Assembly: GCF_963506605.1 (NCBI RefSeq)
Contig: NC_083277.1
Span: 93,248,001-93,312,000, forward strand
Direction of reading: 5' to 3'
Source of the DNA: Zootoca vivipara
Taxonomy: Eukaryota
DNA length: 64,000 nt
Shown piece after piece: positions 1 through 43,900 of the stretch (its first letter is position 1; every line of letters starts with the position of its first letter). The notes under the pieces were generated by a model. It made no database searches, was not told the origin of the DNA, and was given only the letters and a program-made list of their open reading frames with translations. The position numbers were made by a program, and so were the translations under genes.

Positions 1-826
1 CAGGGATGGAGAATTCTGTGGCCTGCCTTTGTTGTGTTCTCCATGGGCCATGCTTCCTGAGCTGATGGGAGTTGGGAGTCCCAACAACCTCTAGGAAGCT
101 GAGGTAATTTTAATCTGCAATTATATCTTTTGTATGTGATTTTCACCCCTTGATTCTACCTTTTATCTTTCGGAAACCCCTTTGAACTGTTTTGCTTTGT
201 TTGTTTGTTTTACAACCAAGCAGTGTATAAATAAAAACTAATAAATAAAGGACCACACATTTCTCATCCGGGTCGTCGGTGTCGCTGAATGTGGTTTGAA
301 CTGCAGCTCCCCCCCCCCCATCCTCTTAGCACAGCCAGAATGTAGGTTTTCTTCAATGCTGCGCGCGTGTTTTAAAAGTGCAAAGGGCTAGTTTGCTAAA
401 TATTGTGCCCGGAGGCGAAGAGGAGCGTTGAAAACAGGCTCTCACTTCAAAGGCAAAAGAAAGAAAGAAAAAGAAAGATTGATTCTACAACCTGAAAAAA
501 GAGACAAGGCATGTACTTTTTGGCAAACCAAGAAAATCTTTAATTAAAATAAATAAACACACACACACAGAAACTGTGGGAGGAGAAAGAGAGAGGATCC
601 TTTCTTAAGCTGCTCACTTGCAGCGTCCTCTGCGAGACAGGCGAGGCCCCCAGCCGGCCCGCAGCAGGCAGCCACCCCTCTTTCCCGCCCCAGACTTCTG
701 CAACGACGCCTTAAAAAGCTCCCGGGCGCTTGTGCAGCTTCTCGCTTCTCTCCCTCTCCCCTCCTGTGCGGGTGCTCGACGCCTACCACGCCGTACGTGC
801 TCGCTCCCGCGGTCTGCAGGGCTCTC

Positions 827-958
827 NNNNNNNNNNNNNNNNNNNNNNNNNNNNNNNNNNNNNNNNNNNNNNNNNNNNNNNNNNNNNNNNNNNNNNNNNN
901 NNNNNNNNNNNNNNNNNNNNNNNNNNNNNNNNNNNNNNNNNNNNNNNNNNNNNNNNNN
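827..958. other. assembly gap (N run) in XYLT2 5' UTR/promoter
   Basis: run of n. Confidence 0.99.
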
Positions 959-962
959 GAAG

Positions 963-33904
<32,942 letters not shown>

Positions 33905-36775
33905 CAGGGGCCGCCGGCAGCACATTGCTGGGATCAAGGAAGCATCCCCTCGTGGCAGGGTGTGGGGTTGGGCACACAGGCCCCCTCCTCTCCGCAGGGC
34001 AAACGCTTGAGACTTCATCATCCTGTGAAAATGTACCATCCTCACGTGAACAGGATCTTCTCCAGCAGAGCAGGAAACTCTTATTGGCTGTCGGCAGCGC
34101 AAAGGTGGTGTGAAGGCCCACCTGTTCTCAGGATTGGCTGGAGAGACGATGAAGCGGATAGGGGAGGGGCTACATGTATTTACATTGGAAGCTCTCTCTA
34201 GTCTGGCAGGTGAGCTCTCAGCTTCCTGGCTGCAGCGCACCTGAGCCGGTGTGCCCTCCTCATCTATGGGTGATGCTCTGCAAGTTCAGGACTCTTTGTT
34301 CCCAAATGGTTGCTGGCAGAGGATTCTGGGAAATGGCCAGATGGGGGTAGATGGGGGAATGCAGGGAACCAGGCCATCACTTTAACCGGGTCTGTGTCCT
34401 CTGAGCAGCTGTGCCTGGCTTGGCAGACCTGTTTCTCATCTCCCAAACCCATCCTTTTAGTTCTTATTTTTTTACAAATGTGTTATGTATATATGAGACG
34501 AAAGTGCAATAGCGACGACGGTCATCCTGCCCCTCTGCCTCTAGAGGTGGGGTGGGGAGCATTTCAGTGTTCCCATTGTCTCCTCCTTACACTGTAACAT
34601 GATTTTGTCCTCCTTGCTGATTCTGGTAGGGGTGGAGAAGAGGGTGAAACACTTGCTTCCCTCCTAGCAGTGCTGGGAGCTTAGATCTTGCTGCTGACGT
34701 TGGAGAGAGCTTCTCTCTTTTTATTATTTTTATTTTGCAGCTCAGAGCTGCCTACCCTCCTGGTTGGAAGCAAGGAAGGGATTTGGCCCCTCTGGCAGCT
34801 GTGCCAAGGCTCCCCCTTAATGGAGCCGCCCACTGTGCCAAACCTCCACCACCTGCCAGTACCCCTTGTACAGTGCCTCATTCTCAAGCCTCGCCATCTA
34901 CCTTCCCTATTCCCCTTCTCCCTTTGGCTTGAAATCTGGCTATGTTTTGTGTCTTGGTGGCACATTGCAGAGCTAGCTAAATGGCCCTACCTGTCCCATC
35001 CAACGGGCCTTATTAAGCCAGGTTGTCTTGACATCTGATGCAAGGCAGGAAAACCCTTCATTTGTTTTCCGAATGAATTTTCTTGTCTCTGGATATTTAG
35101 TACCACTGCCAGAATGGATAGCCAACTCTGAGCTACTTCCTCCCCACAGTGTGTCAACTGTTTAATGTGGATTCCCCCCCCCTTTCATTTTTTTTAACAT
35201 TGTCAAATCGGGCAGCATCGTTTGTGACCTTACACACACACACACACACACACACTACACCTACTTTGAATGGATAATTTAGCCCTCTGAAGCTGTATAC
35301 TGCCCAGCCAAAAGCAGTGTTCCCATGAACAGGGAGTGATCTTAATTCTGTACTGAATGTTGTCCGATGTCCAATCTTATTTCTTATCCTGATCAGATCT
35401 TTCAACAGTATCCCAGTTCCTGAGTAAACCACCCCCAGTTGAACTGGGGACACCAGTGTCTGGGACCCCTTAATGGTTGCTGTTGAAATAGAAGTGTTAA
35501 GACAAAATAGTCTGCTTTGGGGAGTATCTCTCTCTCTCTCACACACACACACCGTCTCTCTCTTCTGTTTTGTTTTAAGTGTGCCATATCAGAAAGAACA
35601 CACAGACGACTTGACATGATGAGGAGCTGTTGATGCTGCCTCTGGAAAACCTCTTTAGGAGGTGGTCGAAACAGACTTGAGGTTCAGAGTTTTGATATAG
35701 TCTCAGTAAGATGTTTGGAAAGTTCTGATCTCAGGGGTTATTTGGTCTGAGCCTTTCAAGGCAGTTAGTTCCCTGCATTTCTTCAAAACGTTCTGCTTCT
35801 TTCTTTTTTTAATCTTTGATTGGAAGTGCAGATCACAAATGACCTCTGTTGTTGGGTTGTTTTTTGTTTTTTAAAAAAGTTCTTTGATTTCAAGAGCTGT
35901 GCTGGTGCTAAAAAGAATCTTTGAAAATGGAAGATTTTGTGAGTGGGGTTTGCCAGACCCATAGCGCACTGATTCTTCTTTGGCCTGAGCTCCTAGTAGG
36001 GCTCGTTGCCCACCCCTACCCCCAGGGCACAACCCTCTCTGTTTCCAGCGATACAGTGTGATGCAGAGGAGGTCGTACCTTTGTCTGGAAAAGGGACTCA
36101 AAAAGTGTGTTGTGCGTTCTGAGCCAAGGGGGCGAACTAGGCAGGGCTTGAATTGAAACTTGTTCCAAAGAATGAGTGCTGAAAGTTTTGTGTTGGAAGC
36201 ATTATGTTAAAAGTTGTCTTAAATATGCAACACAAATATATCTATATCTCTACGGTGTGAAGAGTGTGAATTCTTGCAGCTGGCTGCCTTTTGTTTCGTT
36301 TCAAACTGGACGGATTGATTAATAGAATTTATACCCCCATCACTCATCACAAGTGATCTTGGAGCCAGGCACTTCTCCAGGTGCATTTGAGAAACGTAAC
36401 ATTGGTTCCTTGGGTGGCCTGGTGTGTACCAAAAGAATCTGCTGGCACCAGACTGAGATGTTTAGAGAAGAGAGGCAAGAGAGGCCACTGGCCAAAATCA
36501 GCTGCCATAGTGCTTCAGCATCTTGCATCAGCTGGTGGTGCAGGAAACCCAGTGGCTGCCTCCAGCTTGATCCCTTTGAACTCCAGGCAAACACTGGGGC
36601 TGAGAATTGAGTTGGGGGGATGCAGTCTGTGCAAGATTTCCTCCACTTTCTCCTGCTGCCTATAACCTCTCCCTAGCTGGAGTATTTGACTGCTCTTGTT
36701 GCCAATTCTTCACACAGGGCTTTATATGCCCAATATCATATTGACAACCATAAATAAACAAATTCTAGCCCTAAC
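33905..36775 (+). other. XYLT2: XYLT2 3' UTR (putative)
   Basis: No recognisable transposons after the stop codon; first clear AATAAA at 36753-36758. Confidence 0.6.
36753..36758 (+). terminator. XYLT2: putative polyadenylation signal of XYLT2
   Basis: AATAAA. Confidence 0.55.
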
Positions 36776-38181
36776 GTTTATATGAGGGGAGAAAGTGCAT
36801 GCAAGAGATTTGCAAATTTTATTCATAACCACACCACTAATTCTGTGGGGTCTTTGGTGCGCTACATCATCACGGTGTTGCCAGGTACTGTACGAAGAAG
36901 TGAATGAATTAATCTTTGCAAAGCGTTCAGAGGCCCCTTTGCACAAAAATTGGTGTAGCACTGTCAGGCGTGATTAACCTTGCCATATTTCCCTTTATTA
37001 CCAACCTGTGCACTGCTGTACTCCGGGGTGCGAAGTGAGGCTGCCTACGCTTGGATATTATAATCATCTTTTAATGAGTCTAATGAGAGCTGATCGAGTA
37101 AATGTGGCACTTTGCCAAGCCATTCAGCAAAGAGATTTTGCAACAGCACCAAGGAGACTACTTTTTATTGGTAAATAGGGGGACGGGGTGGGGAGTGTTA
37201 AACAAAACCAGCTTCTTGCTTTGGGGCCATATTTTTCTAGCTGCTGTGCATGCAAAAATACACAGCTCTTGGGTTCTTTAGCTAGCTGCCGCACAAGCTC
37301 TGGCTATATAACCACATTGGTTTCATTCTTTGGGGCTAATGTAGCAACAATCCTCTCAACCAGGGTTGGTCAGCTGATGTTTGCGGTGAGCAAAAGACCC
37401 ACAGCTTGATTTTTGATGAGCTATCGCCACTTGATGCCATTTTGGTTCTTAACGTGCTCTGCAAGGCTCTCACTGCAAGGAAAGACAATGCCTTGTCCTT
37501 CAAATGGAAGATTGGCATCTGTATCTTAGTTAAACATGAGTGAGGGGACAGCATCCTTCACTCTGTCTGAGGGCGGCAGGCTAGATTAAGTGGCACAGGG
37601 CAGTTCTGTCATCGAGCATCTGCTGCCTGAGATAACTCCCTTACCCTGCCTAATAGAGCCGGCCCTGAACCCCTTACACACACACACAAGCTGTGACCTC
37701 TGATATCTGCCAAGTGCCAAGAAGTCAGAATCTAAGATACCTTCTTTGCAAATGCTAGCATCCTTCAGTGTTCGAGGATGAGCACTCTAAAATCTGTAGA
37801 AGACAATGGTTTGTATCACAGGAGAATTGATGGTATTGCGTATGATTATCAGCAATAGGATTCATTGAACTTCATAAAGGTGTAGTCTACTTCTGATTCA
37901 AGTAACGTATGTTGTTGGTCTTTATTTCAGTTTTGGGAGTGGCACAAATAGAACAATTACAAATGATTGCCATAGCTGACGTGTGCACCAGCTGTGTTGT
38001 GATCTCTGCACCATGCCCTCAGTATGCTAGCAAGAGTTGCTTTCTAAGGCCAGGTTCTAGAAAAACGGTCATTCTACCTTGTCCAATAATGGTTAGGTCT
38101 AAAAGAATTTCCCCAGTATGCTGGGCTGGACTGCCCTTTTCTCATCTGTACAAGCAAGTTGAAGTTTCTTGCACTGTAGAA

Positions 38182-38321
38182 CAGTGTTTCTGAAATTTGG
38201 GTCTCTACCTCATTTTTTTTGGACTAGAACTCCCATCATTCCTAGCTAGCAGGACCAGTGGTTAGGGATGATGGGAATTGTAGTCCAAAAGCAGCTGGAG
38301 ACCCAAGTTGGGGAAACACGG
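38182..38321. mobile_element. hAT-type MITE
   Basis: TIR cagtgtttc/gaaacacgg; 8-bp TSD ctgtagaa. Confidence 0.8.
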
Positions 38322-39399
38322 CTGTAGAAGGTCCTTGGAAGGAATCTTCTTCTGTAAAGCAAACAAACATTTGCAGGGGGGTGGGCGCTGTCACTCCATA
38401 AGCAGTTGAACCAGCAGAGGGAGCTTCCTGTAGAGTCACTGTTGCAGCAGCCTTTTTACATTTGGCAAAGCAGCACTGTGAGGGAGATGTCAAGTGAAAG
38501 GTTATTATAGTGCGATACTTGAACACAAGGGTAGGCACTTAGCATGATGAATGAGCCTTCTGCATTTCCAGAACCTATGAAGTGTAAAGACCCAGTGCGT
38601 ACTCACCTGCCAAACTCTCAGATAGTGGGAGGTCTTCAATTGTAACTCAATCCCCCACATTGCAGAAGAGGAATTCTGCTGTGGCCAAAGTTGCAAATGA
38701 CTTATTAACTAGAGTTAGTTAACTAGTACGGACTGTTTGTTCCTACTGTCAGTGCTGCTCCCTAACTTCAGACACTGAATGATAGAATTAATATGCTATG
38801 GAGTGTTTTGAATTGATACCTTTTGTATCAACCCTGTAAAGAGGTTTATTAATACAAGCAATGTAAAGAGAGGAGGGGTTTAAAGGGGTTTAAAGCAGGG
38901 ATGGGGAATTTAATAAAAAAGCATATTTATTAAATTTTCAATTTTTACAAATTCTTTTAAAATACAATCCAAAGGCATCTGTCATATCTGGTAACAGACT
39001 TCCCACCCACCCCTTTCACGGTGTTTTGGATATGTTAAAACGTTTGCAGGATCTGAAGTATAGCAACAGATGAGAATTTGTAGTTTAATAATGCAGAGTT
39101 AATGTATATAATAGATGGAATATAACTAACATAGCAGAATTCACTCTCATCCACAATCTGGTGGTGCTGATTTAGGAATGGCCTCTGTTCCCGTCACCCA
39201 TAAACATGCACGGAAAGAATATGGAAAAGTCAAGACTTTTTTTTTTTTAACGCTATTATGTTGGTCAGGCTGTCGCTTCGTTACCTGGGTCTGCAGAGCT
39301 GAATAAGAGGTATACTCCGGCCTCTGCCCCCACTCAGGTACGCTTTCGGGTCAAGTTGGAAGCTGCCTCCCCCAAGAGCGTTATAACCAATCTGACGCC

Positions 39400-40900
39400 A
39401 TCCATCCATCGCCCGGTCGTGGGCTTAGAAAATTTCAGGCGCTTCACAAGTAAGCAACAATTACTGTGCATACTATGAGATCTTTAGAAAACACTTTAAC
39501 TCAGACTCTCTTCTTAATCGTCGATTTAAATAAAATTATTCTTGCCTGAGTAGCTTTGTTTCTAGGGACGCCAATAGCTCGGGGTAGGGGGATATCAGGG
39601 GAAACCATTACGATGCGCAATAAAAATGCATTGACAATGGAACGCCGGAGGAAGCGAGGAAGAGCGTTCCTTTCGCCCCCCCCGTTCCTCCCCACGTGCA
39701 CAGTTACCATGACAACCGCCGACACAATGTTGCATCCAGAGAAGGTAGCTCTTTCCACTTTCCACCAATCGGGACCCAGAGCGTTGCCTCGGTGACCAAT
39801 CAGAAGCGGAACCCGGGAGATAGGCGCAGGAAGGCGGTAGAGAGTGCAAAGATCTCCCCGCGAGGCTGGAGGGGAGCCGTGTGGATCGCAGAACCCGAGC
39901 GAGGGGGGTTGCTGCTGCTGCTGCTTTTGTTGCTTCGGTTTGATTTTGGAGGAGAAAGCCCATTGCACTTCTAGGCCCCACCTCGGATGGACTTTGCAGG
40001 CGCACGTGCAGCTCGGCTGGGCCCGGGATGCCGATGCCGGAGGAGGGAAGCGGCCAGGCCCAAGGAAAGCTCCGCAACCTTTCCGGAGGCTCCGATTGAG
40101 GGGAAGCAACTGGATTTTTAACCCGGCGCTTTTGAATTATCTCGAGGTGGAGCCTATGGAGAGTGCAGAGCCGACGGCGGCTCTCGTTCGGCGCGGGGAG
40201 CATCTCCGAAGCCAGGCATTTGCCGAAGAAGGAGCCGAGCCAAGCTCTCCCCCTGGCGCGCTCACCTTTGGAACAGCTTATCTGCCCTAACGGAGACCGA
40301 GGACGGAAAGTACAAAAAAATTACTCCAGAACCAACCAGCCCGGCGCTGGAAGGAAGAGGAGAGAGCTCGGAGCCGCTTCCCTCCGGGTGCCGAAGATCT
40401 TGCTGCCCCGAGAATGCGATGCTAACGCCGGGAGCGATGCAAAGAAGAGGGAAGCAGATCGCCCAGACGCCATAAGTTAGGAACGCACGAAGCCAGTCAT
40501 TGGCCGGACCTATCCCGGGATAGAACCCGAGGAAAAGCCAGAAGGAACCGGACTGGGCTGCGTCGTGGCGGGGGGGGGTGTCCTCCAAAGCTAACGGAAC
40601 TGGAGGGCTAGTGAATTCGCCGGCGGGGACTGGATTCGGGCGGATTCTTTTCCTCCATGTGGAGCCACCAAGCTGGAAGGGATCTCGCAGTGGACCGGAG
40701 TTGAGCCAGCCGAGCGAGGCGCTGCCACACCCGCCCACCGCCCCTGTTCCCATGGATAGCAGCGTCGTGGCGATTATCATAGCCACCAGTGAGTACTTGC
40801 ATGACTCTCTCTCGCTCTTAAACCGGGATGGATGCGCCGGGTGGTGGGGGGTCCTCTCTCCCCAAATGAGACTGCCTCCCCCTGGCTTGGTTATGTCCCT
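39400..40900. promoter_or_regulatory. CpG-island promoter of the novel PY-motif membrane protein gene (possibly bidirectional)
   Basis: dense CpG; E-box CACGTG 39693-39698; X-box GTTACCATGACAAC 39703-39716; X-box-like GTTGCCTCGGTGAC 39783-39796; CCAAT at 39765 and 39796. Confidence 0.75.
40752..40788 (+). CDS. novel gene coding exon 1 (MDSSVVAIIIAT)
   Basis: cccATGG; in-frame stop upstream at 40521; donor A|GTGAGT, phase 1. Confidence 0.78.
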
Positions 40901-43900
40901 GGCGTTATACTTCGATGTACTCACACACATAATGTGGTTTTTGGTTTGGCACCTAGACACTGTTTATGGCCCCTTCACGGAAACTGGTATGTAGATTCAA
41001 GTGTTTGGGACCTGGTTGTTTATATTACAGGCAGGTACTGGACAAAGTCTTAGCCTTGGCTCGCATTGATGACAGCTGCAGGTTTGTGCAAGTCACAGCT
41101 TTTGTGGCAGATAGGGGGTGAGCTTAGTGATTTCCTGCTATGAATGCTGACTTAGGTCATGTTCTTAGGGGTGCTAACTTAGCTTTTGGCTTGGCATCCC
41201 TCTGCATTGTGGATTCATCGCCCGTGTTGACCTCCTGCCCTTCTTGCGGGTTACTGGAGGAGAGTTGGCATGGCTTCAGGGATTGGAAGGGCTAGTTCAG
41301 TGCATCAAGAGCCCTTTCGACACTCCCACAGAGCTGTAAAGAGCATGTAGGGATAATAATGTTCAAATCAGGACGGTGGAATCCTGTTTATGTATTTGAA
41401 TTTCCTGTGATCCCTTTTCTTTGGTATGTTTGAGTAGAAGTTCAGCAGAGAATGATGCGAGCAGAATGGTACAGCTTATCAGAGGAACTTAAACTGGTAC
41501 AGAAATATAGAAGCTTTGGAGAGCCACCAGACTGCTTCTGCCTAACAAAGGTTTCTGTCAAGTCAAAAACTTGCATGCAGTACTTCAGGCACGTCCAACA
41601 GGTAGATTGTGATCTACTGGTAGATCACTGGACACCTGTGGTAGATCACTGGTAGATCACTGGCTCCCCCCCCCAAAGAAGCTCAAGAACTTTGGCTCCC
41701 CTAAAAAATGCTCAACATTTTAGCCCTTCACCTCCCAAAAAGAGGGCTTTCCTCCCACCTCAGAAAAGCTCAACAACTCTGACCTGAACCCCTAAAAATG
41801 GGCCTTCCCCCTTCCTAAAAAAATCTCAACAACTTTGACCTGAACCCCTAAAAACGGGGTTTTCCTCCTCCCTAAAAAAAGCTTAACAACTTTGACCTGA
41901 ACCCCCCAAAAGGGGGTAGATCACTGCCAGTTTTTAACTCTGTGAGTAGATCACAGTCTCTTCGGAGTTGGCCACCCCTGCAGTACTTCTTTCTATACTA
42001 AGCAACTGATCTAATGAAAGGTATCACTTTTCCTGTTTTGGCTTTCGGTTGGATAATAATATTGTAAGAGGTTTCCTACAAGAATTACAGCTCCAAGCTC
42101 TTTTGTGAGCAAAATACTGGTTGGAATTTGAAGAGACATCTGGGGATCACCTGCTAGAGAGACATGATTGATTATTGTCAATCACCTGCTCCCCATTTCG
42201 ATATTGTTGTGCCTGTTTTTTTGGATGTGAGAGTGATACATATTTGTTGAACAAGCTTTGGAGTTTCATAGTGTGACCTCTTCCCCCCTCTGAGGCCTGA
42301 AGGCTTGTGTCTTCCACCCACATAGTAAACTCCCCATTGTAGATCATTATCAAGGCTCTCCAAAGACGCCTGCAGAGAAGGATATCCTTCATATTATTCA
42401 GGCAGAAAGTACAGCAACCTATCTGGAAGCATTACAAAAAATATTAGTCAATACGCCTTCTCCCATTTTCCACCCAAAGACGCCCAGTTAGCAACAGTAA
42501 AATCAAAATACAAAATCAAGTATTGAAAACAGAGCATCAATTAAATAAATGATGAAGCAAACAAAAATGACATATACAATTAGCCCAGTTCGACTATAAA
42601 AACGACTACCAGAACAGGCATGTTTTCAAAAGGCAGCAAATGATAATTAAAAATGGCTCCAAGGGCCAGGCTGCTCTCCCAGGGCAGAGAGTTGTGCAGC
42701 CCGAGCGAAAACTCCTGTATTCCTGTCCAACATGCCTCAGGTACAGGTGAGATACAAAGAACATGAAGTACTGTCTAGAATTTTAAAAAGAGCCTTTCTC
42801 ATCCAAAGCAAAGGTTAGACCAGCAATTCGCTTTATGGAATTGTTGGGAGTCGGAGTGATGAAATAAATTGGCTGTGTTGTCTGTATATCAGCAAGAGAG
42901 AGAGCAAGATTTGTTCATTTTTCAGTGGAAGCTCCGTTCATTGCATCCCTGTTACTTTCCCTTGTTTGGAAAAATCTGGTGTTCCAAATGGAAATAAGAA
43001 AAGGCTTTTTTAAAACCAGGGATGGGAATCTAATGGGCTTCTAGTTGTTGTTAGGTGACAAGTTCCACTGACTTAAATAAACATAAGTCCAGCAAATTCA
43101 GCACAGATGAGAAGCTCCCGCCTCTGCTCAGTTCTGCTGACTCTACATCAGGCACCCCCAAACTGTGGCCCTCCAGATGTTTTGGCCTACAACTCCCATG
43201 ATCCCTAGCTAACAGGACCAGTGGTCAGGGAAGATGGGAATTGTAGTCCAAAACATCTGGAGGGCCGAAGTTTGGGGATGCCTGCTCTACATGGTAGAAT
43301 AAGGACAGTCTCTCAGCTGCTGACAAGATTGTTCTATCAAGATCTAATCTAGTTCTAAATCTGTCTGCTGCGTGCATGATCCCTGATCCAGCATGCATAA
43401 ACCAGAATGTGTTAAAAGCCCCCCAAAATTAATTTATGTTGGAAGTGGCCAGGGCTTTCTGAGCAATGGCCCTCAAATTTGCAGATCAAATTCTTCTGCA
43501 TTAGCTTCTGAACATCCTTGTTCCGATAAAGCAGGTGGAAACACATCAGAATGATGTTTAAACTTGATTTCTCTTGCATAATCACCTATGGTCAGCAGAG
43601 CTACTTGGAAGTAAGTTGTTAGTGTGTGAGGGATGCAAACTGGAACTCCTTGGACTTTTCAAGGTGTTTTGTTGTTGTTGTTGCAAAAACGAGTGGATTA
43701 CCGCCTTAAGTGAAATAAGGATATATTACCATCTGGCTGTCATTGGAAAGCAGAAATATGAGGAATGTGAAAATTAAAAGATTAAGGTCGCAATCCCAAA
43801 CCTGTTTTTACTCCAATCCTATTAAAACCAATAGGGCTAATCTGAAGTCAGTATGTGGCGGAATTGCAGGATCCTGTGGTTGGGGGCATTTTATTATCTG

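Noticed and set aside
39501-40960. Several 100-230 aa ORFs on both strands in the CpG island
   Set aside because: Expected in GC-rich, stop-poor sequence; low-complexity translations with no recognisable domain.
41670-41915. CRISPR-like repeat-spacer array
   Set aside because: Eukaryotic context; these are degenerate tandem repeats inside a TSD-flanked hAT element with no unique spacers.
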